64,000 nt of DNA, taken from the NCBI GenBank assembly GCA_951406725.2, contig OX597838.1, forward strand, positions 8,060,001 to 8,124,000. The letters run 5' to 3'. The stretch's first letter is position 1. Every line of letters begins with the position of its first letter. A program made the translations under genes and the position numbers. A model generated the notes under the pieces. That model searched no databases and was not told the origin of the DNA. It saw nothing but the letters and a program-made list of their open reading frames with translations. The stretch comes from Octopus vulgaris. Lineage: Eukaryota. This document shows, piece after piece, positions 1 through 13,357 of this stretch.

Positions 1-79
1 CAGACATATGTATGTGTATGCATATATGTATGTGTGTGTGTGAGTGTGCGTGTGTGCGTGTGAGTGTGTGTCTGTGTGT

Positions 80-125
<46 letters not shown>

Positions 126-659
126 GTGTGTGTGTGAGATGAAATTCTTAGTATGTCTTCTGATTGAAAGCATCATCTGTCAAACCTTTCGTCACAGTTT
201 GATGTGTTGACAAGACATGGGGCAGGGTTAGCGCCATCTTTCTTCATTTTCTCTCTTTCCCTCTCCTTCCCTCTCTCTCTCTCTCTTCTCCCCCTCGCTA
301 CCTCTCTCGCTCTCTCTTTCTTTTCTCCCCTCTCTCTCCTTCTCTCTTTCCTTCGTTCTTTCTCAATCTCTCTCTCTCTCTCACCGAGTACCCACCATGC
401 CCATCTACCCACACAAACACACCTTCAATCTTCGCCTCACCCCTTTCCGGTTTGTTTTCATCACTTTAAAGGATTAAACAATATTGGAGCAATGGCGGAT
501 CAGAAAGCGTGAAACAGACAGACAGACAGAAACAGGGAGAGAGAGGGTGAGAGAGAGGTGAGACACAGAAAGAGAGAGAGAGAGAGAGAGAGAGAGCGAA
601 TGGAAGTAATATAAGCCATCTCAACACTAAGACTCTATTGTGCCTCAATCGTCTCCGAT

Positions 660-957
660 CGGCGAATTGGCAGAGTCGTTAGAACGTCAGATAGGAAGTT
701 TTACAATATTTAATGTGATTCTCTGTTTCCTAAGTTCGAATCTCTCCTCTATTAACTTTCTTTTTTCTTTTTTTAATTCTCTGGGGATCGATAAATAAAA
801 GACCACAAGGCGGTAGAATGGCTGGATTGCAAGAATCGCCGGACCAGATTCTTCGCGGTCTTTATTCCAACTGTCTTCGTTGTTCTGAGGTCAAATCTCT
901 CCGAACAAATTCTTGTCTTTTTTATTCTTCCGGAGTCGATGAAAAAGTGCCAATCAA
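660..957 (+). mobile_element. Two tandem, highly decayed copies of SINE family D
   Basis: Heads GGCGAATTGGCAGAGTCGTTAG and GGCGGTAGAATGGCTGGATTG, B-box-like GTTCGAATC / GGTCAAATC and GGATCGATAAAT / GAGTCGATGAAA match the layout of the copy at 28804. Confidence 0.55.
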
Positions 958-1157
958 ATAGATTGATTGCAAGAACTGGAATAAACGTCAATAAACCGAA
1001 TACCTTGCGGTGTTTTGTGGAACCCCAAAGATCTTCATATGACCCAGAGGGGCCATATGGAACCTGGGACAGAAACACTGCTCGAAATGACTGTCATAAG
1101 GTAGAATTCCTTATAATGATGCAGAGTATAAAAGCTTCATTAGTGTCAAAAACCCTG

Positions 1158-1221
<64 letters not shown>

Positions 1222-1948
1222 AGAATGAATGTTTTTATATATAATGAACGTGAAATACAGGAAGGGACGAACACGGAACACAGACAAATCATTCGAAGCC
1301 TTCAATCTTCAGTCAGACACCGAATCATCATAGCAAATTTCGGCTGTTCAATTCTGATATTTGCTCCAACTCGGCCAGCCCCAAGAAAAAAAACTAAGCT
1401 GTAAGCATTAGATTTCTTGGTAGAAGACAGGAATGTGAACGCACAAGACGGATGTGAATACAAGAGACGAAAACGAAATTGAAAACAGTAATGAATAAAC
1501 AAAATATATATAACGGTGGTTGTCATACGACTTTAGACCAAATGAGACAAAAACACAACAACAACATAGCTGGCGTAGAAATAATTACCGTTTCGGTAGC
1601 GGGGACACATGTTGGTCGAGATACGAAGGCCAACAGAATGGTTTAAGAAGCAGCAGGTCGCAGGAGAGAGAGAAAGAGAGACAGAGAGAGAGGGAATCAA
1701 AGAGGGTGGAAGGCAGGGGACAGAATCAGTGACCAAGAGAAAAGGAGAAAGAAGGGATTAAGGAGGATGGGAGGAAGAGGGGAGGAGGATGGGAGGAAGA
1801 GAGGGAAGAATCGGAGGGCGCCAAAAAGTTTGGTGAAGAAGCAATGGCGGGTAGTAAAAGACAGTGTGTATAGAAGTCGTGCAGGGTTTAAAATTGGACA
1901 AACAAACGGGGGGGTGCACGTAACGCCGCAATAATATAAGAATGAATG

Positions 1949-2432
<484 letters not shown>

Positions 2433-2528
2433 GATATGCGTGTGTGTGTGTGTGGGGGAATTCAGAGTCACACTCTTGTTACCCCGAGTTTCAAGTGTGG
2501 GTACACAAGATCTTCAATTCCAACACAT

Positions 2529-2642
2529 TTCTTCTTCTTCTTCTTCTTCTTCTTCTTCTTCTTCTTCTTCTTCTTCTTCTTCTTCTTCTTCTTCTTCTTC
2601 TTCTTCTGTTTATTATTATTATTATTATTATTATTACTAGTT

Positions 2643-2684
<42 letters not shown>

Positions 2685-2754
2685 ATGGTGGTGGTGGTGG
2701 TGTTGGTGGTGGTGTTGGTGGTGGCGATGGCGGCGGTGGTAGTAGTAGTAGTAA

Positions 2755-2787
<33 letters not shown>

Positions 2788-3935
2788 CAGCAGCATCATT
2801 ATTATCACCTCCAACCATCTCCACATTTGTCGATTCATCTTTCACCTCCCACTTCCTTTGTCGCCATAACTACACACCTCATGATCTCCAACCTCCTACT
2901 CCTCTCACTTCAACACCTCCTCCTCCCCTCCTCCTCCTCCTACAACTACTACCACCGCCACCGCCATCACTGCCACCTTCGCCACAACCGTTACCATCAT
3001 TTTCTCTACAGCCAACCACCACCACCACCACCACTACTACTACAATCACCATCATTGCAGTGCCTCCGCCACCTGTCATCGTTGGCGGCACAGACACACC
3101 TACAACGCCACCAGCAGTGCCACCAGCTCCTCTATTGCATTCACTACAACCACCATAACCCAGCACCACCATCATCCATCCCTTTCTGCAGCTACTTGAA
3201 CCGCCAACCCATCCATTCCCACCTCCTTATTCACCATCAGCCTCAGCATCATCCTATCCCTTAATATCATCACTACCACAGCAGCAAGCCCTACTAGAAG
3301 CATCACCACCACAACCGATACTACTGTTCCCTGCTCAGGCAGACACCACCACCACCACCATCGTCGCAGTCCATCACTACCGTTATCCTCTTTTACCAAC
3401 ACACCCTCACTAACGCCCCTCCATCCCCACGACATCCACCCCCATCGCCACCACCACCACCCGAACCACCGTATCCACCATCGCCTCCACTACCACCACA
3501 ACAAGAACAACAACCATATCCACCAACGCCTCCACCAGCACCCCACTACCACCACCGATGCAAACACCGTATCCACCACCACCACCACCACCACAATCAC
3601 CGTATCCACCACCGCCGCCATCAGTACCCACCACCACCACCAACGAAAACACCGTATCCACCCCCGTTTCTACCCTCGCCGTCACAACAACCATCATATC
3701 CACTACTGCCTCTACTCCCACCACAACCACCGTATCCACCCCCGCTTCTATTCCCGCCGCCACGAGAACCACCACCATCACCATCACAACCACCACCTTC
3801 ACCACCACCGCCTCCACCTCCTCCACCACAAGCACCGTATCCACCAACGCCACAACTACCACCATCACAACCACCGCCCCCTCCCATGCCCACCACCACA
3901 ACCACCGTAGCCTCTGCCACCGCCGCCGCTCCACC
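2529..3935. repeat. Compound microsatellite (TTC)n/(TTA)n/(TAG)n/(GGT)n followed by degenerate (ACC)n low-complexity tract
   Basis: Directly visible triplet runs; ACCGTATCCACC recurs about six times in 3468-3845. Confidence 0.9.
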
Positions 3936-4061
3936 TTGCTGTCGCCATTGCAACGTCAATGGCGGCGATGATCGCTGATTGACTGTGAAGGAACAGGCCA
4001 TTACACACACAGACGTCGTCGTCTCTCTATCAATAACATAATTGCTTTCACACTGTAATTT

Positions 4062-4220
4062 AAACAACAACAACAGCAACAACAACACCAGCAACAACAC
4101 GCACAGCAAGTAATAAAAGCAACATCAATAAACTGTTAACAACAAAAACAAGAACATCTGCTACAAAAACAGAGACAACTAATAATAATGATAATAATAA
4201 TAATGATGATGATGATGATG

Positions 4221-4304
<84 letters not shown>

Positions 4305-4333
4305 TTAACAATGATAATAATAATGATAATAAA

Positions 4334-4364
<31 letters not shown>

Positions 4365-4647
4365 AAAGATGATGATGATGATGATGACCGCGATAATGAT
4401 GATGATGATGATGATGATGGTGACGATGATGACGATGATGATGATGATGATAACAGCAGCAGCAGCAGCAGCAACAATGGTAACAGTAAGAACCAAGCGA
4501 GCTTAAAACAACGATAAATGTAACAACAAAGGCGACGATAATAAAAAACAAAAAAAAACACCAAAACAATACAAATAACAAACAACAAACAACAGCGAAG
4601 GGTAACGAATTTACGACGGCGACGGCAGCAATAACAATAATAATAAC

Positions 4648-4721
<74 letters not shown>

Positions 4722-4753
4722 CAACAACAATAATAATAATAATAATAATAAAC

Positions 4754-4785
<32 letters not shown>

Positions 4786-4841
4786 CAACAACAACAACAA
4801 TAATAATAATAATAACAATAATAATAATAATGATAATAATG

Positions 4842-4872
<31 letters not shown>

Positions 4873-4979
4873 TAATAATAATAATAATAAATAACAACAA
4901 CAACAACATGATGAATGATGATAACAGCAGCAAGCAGCAACAATGGTAACAGTAAGAACCAAGCGAGCTTAAAACAACG

Positions 4980-5010
<31 letters not shown>

Positions 5011-5018
5011 CGATAATG

Positions 5019-5064
<46 letters not shown>

Positions 5065-5125
5065 CAACAATAATAATAATAATAATAACAACAATAATAA
5101 TAATAATAATAATAACAACAACAAC

Positions 5126-5158
<33 letters not shown>

Positions 5159-5160
5159 TG

Positions 5161-5195
<35 letters not shown>

Positions 5196-5218
5196 AATAA
5201 TAACAACAACAACAATAC

Positions 5219-5259
<41 letters not shown>

Positions 5260-5290
5260 TAATAATATATAAATAATAATAATAATAATG

Positions 5291-5321
<31 letters not shown>

Positions 5322-5678
5322 TAATAATAATAATAATGATAATAATAATAATAATAATAACAACAACAACAACAGTAACAATAATAATAATAATAATAAT
5401 AATAACAACAATAATGATAATAATAATAATAATAATAATAACAACAACAATAACAATAATAATAATAATAATAATAATGATAATAATACTACTACTACTA
5501 ATAATAATAATGATAATAATAATGGTAATGATGATGATGATGATGGTAATGATGATGGTTGTGGTTGTGCTGATGGCGGCGGCGGTGGTGGTGGTGGTCA
5601 TGGTGTTGGTAATAATAATCGGCGATAACAAAATCAGCTACTAAACATTTATAAGCAAAGTAAATAATTAATAAATGA

Positions 5679-5712
<34 letters not shown>

Positions 5713-5942
5713 AACAACAATAACAACAAGGTTTTTTTTTAAATTGTAAGGAATTGTTTATAACATCAGAAATGTTGATAATAATAGTAATAACGACTTG
5801 TTTTATTTGCCTCAAGGGCTACAAGTGAAGGGAACGTTACAAGGCCAGGTTAGGAACGAGAAGAAGCGGGGGGAAATATGGTAAGAATTACATAGAATTA
5901 ATTATGCAAATGATGATAATAATAATAATAATAATAATAATG

Positions 5943-5974
<32 letters not shown>

Positions 5975-6008
5975 CATAATAATGATCATAATAATAATAA
6001 TAATAATG

Positions 6009-6063
<55 letters not shown>

Positions 6064-6098
6064 TGATGATAATAATAATAATAATAATAATAATGATG

Positions 6099-6192
<94 letters not shown>

Positions 6193-6208
6193 CAACAACA
6201 ACAACAAC

Positions 6209-6246
<38 letters not shown>

Positions 6247-6507
6247 TAATAATAATAATGATAATAATGATAATAATAATGATAATAATGATAATAATGA
6301 TAATAATAAAATCTCGAGAAGTACGTGGAACAAATAGGGACTGCAATAAGGGTGGAACACTAGCAGAAAACAGCACTGCTTGGAACCACTCGAGTACTCC
6401 GAAGGTGAAAAATAAGAGGTGTTACCTTAGACTGGTAGTGAACTACTGACACCGTGATGCGTTATGTGCAAAGGCAATGGTGATGCTGATGATGATGATG
6501 ATGATGA

Positions 6508-6572
<65 letters not shown>

Positions 6573-6716
6573 AGAATATTAATAATAATATTAATAACAA
6601 CAGCAACAACAACAGCAACAACAACAGCAACAACAACAACAACAACAACAACAATAATAAGAATAAGAATAATAATAATAATATTAATGATGATGATGAT
6701 GATAATAATAACAATG

Positions 6717-6780
<64 letters not shown>
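4062..6780. repeat. Very long compound (AAT)/(AAC)/(GAT)/(TAG) microsatellite field
   Basis: About 2.7 kb of triplet runs with short unique interruptions; source of the poly-I/L/Y ORFs. Confidence 0.95.
6312..6470 (+). mobile_element. R4/Dong-clade LINE, extreme 3' fragment
   Basis: Translates LEKYVEQIGTAIRVEH*QKTALLGTTRVLRR, resembling the QK.ALLGT.RILR C-terminus of R4/Dong ORFs; embedded in (TAA)n. Confidence 0.7.
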
Positions 6781-6982
6781 TAGAGGAGAACAAAAGCCTT
6801 ACAAAAATCAAACGTGAAGACATGTGATGGGCTAGACGTTCCAAGAGAGACAAACCAACTGGAATTAATCGTGGAAACTCAGTAATCCAGGGTTGTCCGA
6901 ACCAAGCAAATGCAAACGCCCTCACCCTGCGGACACTCTCTCACCTTGGGACCATACATAGCGTTGTCCAATTCTTCTTTAT

Positions 6983-8258
6983 CATTTATTTGTTTCAGCG
7001 ATTGGACTGGGCTGCGGCTACGCTGGGGCATCGCCTTGAAGAATTTTTAGTCGAAAGAATCGACCCAAACCCTTTTTTTAAACCCGTGGTACTTATTTTA
7101 TAGGTCACTTTTGCCGGACGGCTAACTTACAGAGACGTAAATACACCAGCACCGGTTGTCAGTCGATGAGTGGAGACAAACACAGACACAGTCACGCACA
7201 CATGGATATATATGTATACACATACATGCACACATGTATATATATATACAGAGTGCGGTGAATAAACTGTTGTCTAAATTACGCAAAAATGAAAATAACA
7301 TTGACATCTCATTTTAACAGATATATTTATATAACATATTGAAATACTAAAGAGTAAATTCATTCAATACAATCGCCATTGGCTTCAACCACGGCCTCCA
7401 GACGAATTCGGAATCTTCTGCAACTCTTCTGGATGGTCTCCTTGTTTAAGTTGGTGAATGCTACCATAATTCTTGCCTTCAGTTCATCTTTGGTGCTAGT
7501 AGGAATTTTGTTGGTCTCCCGCTCATCTGCATTCCACACATAATAATGAAGGGGGTTGCAGTCTGGGGAGTTGGGTGGCCAGATTTTAGGAGTGATGTGG
7601 TCGCAGAAATTGTCTGAAAGCCATGACTGGTTTCTCCTGCTTGTGTGGCATGTTGCAGAGCCAAGTTGCTAGACATAGGGTCTTCCAGGAGCCACCCACT
7701 TGGCCCAGGGCAGCACTACCTCCTCCTGGCACTTGATGCAGGCCTCTGTGTTGAGTTTGAGGCCGTGTGGGAAGCTGAATGGAGACATAACGTCGCCATC
7801 ACAAGTGATCACACCTAACACCATGATGTTGACTGGATGATTGATTTTTCTCACTCTCGGTACATGTCCTCAGATTGACACTCAAACACACTTAAGTGTT
7901 CGTATGGGAGCTTCCGGTGCGATTGCCAAGTAGTACAGAATATCGTTTCCAAATTTGTAGCAAAGTGAATTGCGTCATGGTGCTGTTTTTGTTACAGACG
8001 ATGCCCAACTGACCCTACTATACTGTGTAGTTGACAAAATAAAAAACAAACAATGTGCATGCGCGAAATGAAAAATATAAAATGGCGAGAATTTAGCTGT
8101 TGCACGGTGGGTCTCTTTCAGCATCTATCTTCGAAATCCACTCATAAGGCTTTGGTTAGCCCGAGGCAAGAGTAGAAGACACTTGCAAAATATGAGACAC
8201 AGTGTTACTGAGCCGGAACCATGTGGGTTGGAAGCAAACTCCTTACCACTCAACCATG
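6983..8258 (-). mobile_element. Old family A SINE split in two by a DNA transposon
   Basis: Tail half at 6983-7248 (TTGTTTCAG..GTAAATACACCAGCACCGGTTGTCA) and head half at 8110-8258 (AAATCCACTCATAAGGCTTTGGT..GGAACCATGTGG) are contiguous in intact copies. Confidence 0.8.
7249..8109 (-). mobile_element. Tc1/mariner superfamily DD37D (maT-like) transposon relic, internally deleted
   Basis: Minus strand ~7855-7360 reads KINHPVNIMVLGVITCDGDVM..GRPYV*QLGSATCHTSRRNQSWLSDNFCDHITPKIWPPNSPDCNPLHYYVW..RLEAVVEANGD; 37 residues lie between the two catalytic positions (now G and H); starts after TA; weak terminal inverted similarity. Confidence 0.85.
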
Positions 8259-8462
8259 AAGACCAGGGATCAGCAAAATTCTTATCGATCCCCTCAAAGA
8301 ATCGTTGATAACTTATCGACCGCCATAAGTGTGTTTTTTTTATATATGTGTTCCTTTTATATGTTCAAGGCCATGGTAATATTTATATATGATCAAATGT
8401 ATGGAAGCGTGGTGTTATATCAAATCGGTGACTCGAATTTCATGTTTGTTCTCTAATCAATG

Positions 8463-8536
<74 letters not shown>

Positions 8537-8540
<4 letters not shown>

Positions 8541-8931
8541 AATAAATCCAAACTTACAGGGAAAAATCAGATTTAGGATTAAATCCAATTTTATAGTATA
8601 AATATATTATATTATATTATATTAAATTAGAGATAAAACCACTATTAGGCAAATCATACAATGAAAAACTTAAGCCAATACATAAGATTATTTAATTTAT
8701 ATTATTTAAATATATAACAAAATTATTAAAAAAATATAATTAATATATCACTACGATCGTTTCATGGCTGTTAATTTCTTTAAATTTTCGAGTTACAGTC
8801 ATTCATCAGGTGGTTTAAATATTTAACTTGGCGGGATTTAATCAATTAACAGCCATGAAACGATCGTAGTGTTATATTAATTATATTTTTTTAATAATTT
8901 TATTATATATTTAAATAATATAAATTAAATA
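8537..8931 (-). mobile_element. Penelope-like element terminus (pseudo-LTR) with inverted partial copy
   Basis: 88-bp inverted arms 8689-8776 / 8844-8931; hammerhead motif; left part recurs inverted at 32520-32640 and 42545-42615; flanked by (TA)n. Confidence 0.7.
8749..8812 (-). ncRNA. Minimal type I hammerhead ribozyme motif
   Basis: Minus strand: cac-CTGATGA-atgactgt..acagccat-GAA-ACGATCGT-A-gtg; full core, stem II 7/8 bp, palindromic stem III, GUA triplet, 3-bp stem I. Confidence 0.75.
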
Positions 8932-8968
8932 TATATATATATATTTGCTATATGGTTATCTCTATTTA

Positions 8969-9043
<75 letters not shown>

Positions 9044-9046
<3 letters not shown>

Positions 9047-9209
9047 CGTAGAAGTGGCTGTGTGGTAAGTAGCTTGTTTGCCAACCACATGGCTCCGGGT
9101 TCAGTCCCACTGCGTGGCACCTTGGTCAAGTGTCTTCTACTATAGCCTCGGGACGACCAAAGCCTTGTGAGTGGATTTGGTAGACGGAAACTGAAAGAAG
9201 CCCGTCGTA

Positions 9210-9249
<40 letters not shown>

Positions 9250-9475
9250 TGTGTGTGTTTGTGTGTCTGTGTTTGTCCCCCTAGCATTGCTTGACAACCG
9301 ATGCTGGTGTGTTTATGTCCCCGTTACTTAGCGGTTCGGCAAAAGAGACCGATAGAATAAGTACTGGGCTTACAAAAGAACAAGTCCCGGGGGTCGAGTT
9401 GCTCGATTAAAAAAAGGCGGTGCTCCAGCATGGCCGCAGTCAAATGACTGAAACAAGTAAAAGAGTAAAAGAGTA
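9044..9475 (+). mobile_element. tRNA-derived SINE, family A, full length
   Basis: A box TGGCTGTGTGG, B box GGTTCAGTCCC, CORE-like CCTTGGTCAAGT, internal TA/TG microsatellite, (GTAAAAGA)n tail; (TA)n on both sides. Confidence 0.92.
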
Positions 9476-9636
9476 TATATATATATATATATATATATAT
9501 GTCGGGCTTCTTTCAACTTCGCTCTAACAAATCAACTTTGGTTGTCTAGAAGCTAGAGCAGAGGTCACATGCCGAAGCGGCCATGCAGTGCGATCGAACC
9601 CGAAACCAACTGGTTATTTCCAAGTTATTTATTAAT

Positions 9637-9671
<35 letters not shown>

Positions 9672-10491
9672 TTTTAGTCACTATACTTAAAACTACATTA
9701 TCCAATGTACCTATACACATAATAGCATCAACATTTTTAATGGTGTGTGATTTGATGAAAATTTAGCTGGTTATTCTTAGCAAGTAGAGCGTAGATGCTC
9801 CAATTTTTCACTCAAAATATTACCTCACTTGATACGTTTATAAGTTGTGTTAATATCAGATCGCTTACATCACATGTTTCAGGCAATTTCCCAACACGAT
9901 TTTTACACATTTTAAACAACATACCAATTGTTATTTCATTTCGAACATTAGTATTTCTTTTTTTGCGTTTCCAAATCTCATTTCTCGAATTAAAACACCA
10001 TCATAATTTCTTTTTCCTTTGAATAATATGTAAAAATTTCTTTCGCTTTAAAATTTATATTATTTCAGCTTCTTTCTCGTTCTTCGTTATTCGTTCTATT
10101 AAGTTCATTCAACGCGGACAAAGCGAAAAGAATTGTGAAATAATTGTGAAACTATAGAAATAATTGTTTTTATATCTTTTTAATTGATCAAAAATCCTAA
10201 TGTTATCAGTTTCTCAGAAATCAATTTATGGTTTGCTAAATTTTGACACGAGTGTAAATTTCTTTCGCAGTTTTCTTTTTATAATGCCTGATCTTTCTTT
10301 CCTTCCTTCACCTTCCTTCCTCCTTCCTTTCTCTCTTCCTTTCTCTCTTTCCCCACCTTTCTTCTCCAAACCCAGACACGTTCAAATTTAATGATACGCT
10401 ATTTTGTTTTTAAACTTTTACTCTTCTTAGCAATATGCTTTCCAACTTTTATCGCCTCTTTTCAAATAGAATTCTTTTGCCCAATTTATTC

Positions 10492-10540
<49 letters not shown>

Positions 10541-10709
10541 AAACACAAACGCATACGCACACCTGAATTCCTCCATGTGTAAACGAGCGTATGCATATAT
10601 ACATATATACACATATACATACATACGCATAAATATAAATGTAAATGCATTTAAGTGTGTGTGTGTGTGTGTGTGTGTGTGTTTATGTATATGTCCGTGT
10701 GTGTGTGTG

Positions 10710-11180
10710 TACTCTTTTACTTGTTTCAGTCATTAAGACTGCAGCCATGCTGGAGCACCGCCTTAAATGGTTTTAATCCACAAATCGATTCCAGGACTTA
10801 TTCGTTGTAAGCCCAGTACTCATTCTATCGGTGTCCTTTGCTGAACTCCTAAGTAAATACACCAGCACCGGTTGTCAAGCAGTGGAAGGGGTATAAACAC
10901 AGACACAAAGACACACACAGACACACACAGATATATATACGACGAGCTTCTTTCAGTTTCCGTCTACCAAATTGACTCACAAGGCTTTTCTCAGCCCGGG
11001 ATTTCAGTCATTTGAATGTGGTCATGCTGGAGCACCGCATTGAAGAGGTTTAGGATTTGTTTTTTAAGCTTTGTACTTATTCTATAATACTCATTTGCCG
11101 AAACGCAAAGTTACGGGGACATAAACACACCAACACCGGTTGTCAAGCGATGATGAGGAGACAAACACAGACACGCATAT
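10710..11180 (-). mobile_element. Two partial family A SINE copies
   Basis: TACTCTTTTACTTGTTTCAGTCATT.. to AAGGCTT at 10710-11000; second tail fragment from 11002. Confidence 0.8.
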
Positions 11181-11184
11181 ATTT

Positions 11185-11693
<509 letters not shown>

Positions 11694-11724
11694 GTATGTA
11701 TGTATATATATATGTATGTATGTA

Positions 11725-11908
11725 TAGGGAGTATTCACGAAAAAACAAAAGACGAAAACAGGTGGTAAAGACAACAAATAGATATATTATAATGATCGGG
11801 AAGTGAAAAGCCTTTAACGTTTCCAGCCTATGCTCTTCCACAGAAAGGAACACAGAAAGAAACAAGGAGAGAAAATAAAGAATGTGTAGTGGCTAGCGAT
11901 CTCTCATA
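11725..11908 (-). mobile_element. Probable Penelope-like terminus with decayed hammerhead-like motif
   Basis: Minus strand 11847-11812: cttt-CTGTGGA-agagcataggctg-GAAACGTT-aaag; unique block between TA-rich microsatellites. Confidence 0.5.
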
Positions 11909-11923
11909 CATACATATATATCA

Positions 11924-12272
11924 CGGGCCATACGTCCCCTACCCAATTCAGGATCACAACACATAAATACCCTGCAACACAATTTCTTTTCCTCGACAGG
12001 CTCTGTCCTATTTAACATTGTCCCGAAACAGATCAAAGAGGAAAAGGATCCCATTACCTTTAAACGGAGTCTGGACAAATTTCTTCAAGGAATAACAGAT
12101 AAGCCACTTATACCTAGATGCAACTCACTCAACAAGAACTCCCAACTCGAATGGACCGGGATAACGCAAAACTTAACTTGAAAAGGATTTAAATAATCCC
12201 ATCGGGTGATGCTATTAAGTTAGACACGGCCTGGACCAATCTTTGGTCGAAACATATCTAAGTTTTATGTAA

Positions 12273-12277
<5 letters not shown>
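11924..12277 (+). mobile_element. CR1/L2-group LINE 3' fragment (ORF2 C-terminus plus 3' UTR)
   Basis: Open frame 11924-12181 RAIRPLPNSGSQHINTLQHNFFSSTGSVLFNIVPKQIKEEKDPITFKRSLDKFLQGITDKP..NSQLEW..*; LFN.LP / FK..LDKFL are typical CR1-group motifs; stem-loop in the UTR. Confidence 0.75.
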
Positions 12278-12352
<75 letters not shown>

Positions 12353-12418
12353 GTGTGTGTGTGTATGTGTGCAAATTATAAATATACATATATATATGTA
12401 TATATATATATGAATATA

Positions 12419-12450
<32 letters not shown>

Positions 12451-12518
12451 CATACATACACGCGGATGCACACGTGCGCGCTTAATTTATCGACACGCGA
12501 CGCAAACACATATGTATG

Positions 12519-12569
<51 letters not shown>

Positions 12570-12604
12570 CACACCACGTATTTCTATGCATATACTTATC
12601 CTGT

Positions 12605-12915
12605 CCACTAACAAGGCTTTGCACGACTCAGAGGTATTGTAGAAGATACCTGCTCAAGGTGCCTCGATGTAGGACTGAACCCGGAACCATGTGACTAGGA
12701 AGCCTACTTCTTACCACACAGCCACTTTTGGTCCTAACTTGCCATATATGCATACATACATATATATATACATACCTCGTAGCTTAGCGGTTCGGCAAAA
12801 GAGACCGATAGAATAAGCACTAGGCTTACAAAGAATAAGTGCTGGGGTCGATTTCCTCGACTAAAGGCTGTGCTCCTGCATGGCCGCAGTCAAATGACTG
12901 AAACAAAAATAAAAG
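12605..12915. mobile_element. Family A SINE fragments (head on minus 12605-12725; tail on plus 12780-12915)
   Basis: GGACTGAACCCGGAACCATGTG and CTTAGCGGTTCGGCAAAAGAGACCGATAGAATAAG. Confidence 0.8.
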
Positions 12916-12958
12916 AATACATAAACACACAGATATATATATACACATATATATGCGT

Positions 12959-13024
<66 letters not shown>

Positions 13025-13027
13025 GTA

Positions 13028-13292
13028 TGTTTATTCCTTCTCGAGTCATGCCTGGCTCATAAGGGCCGGTTTCCCGGTTTCTTGGCGTATAGGTTCCCCT
13101 CCTGGACGGGACGCCGGTCCGTCGCAGGTGAGCTGCAAGATGCAGGAGGAAAGAGTGAGAGAAAGTTATGGCGAAAGAGTCAACAGAAGTTCGCCATTAC
13201 CCTCTGCCGGAGCCGCGTGGAGCTTAGGTGTTTTCGCTTATAAACACACACATCACCCGGTCTGAGATTCGACCCCGCGATCCCTCGACCGT
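13028..13292 (-). mobile_element. SINE family C: family B-like 5' half, different 3' tail
   Basis: Reverse complement has GGGTCGAATCTCAGACCGGGTGATGTG..GCGAAAACACCTAAGCTCCACGCGGCTCCGGCAGAGGG as in B, then an unrelated tail ending GCCAGGCATGACTCGAGAAGGAATAAAC. Confidence 0.7.
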
Positions 13293-13303
13293 GTGTGTGT
13301 GCA

Positions 13304-13357
<54 letters not shown>

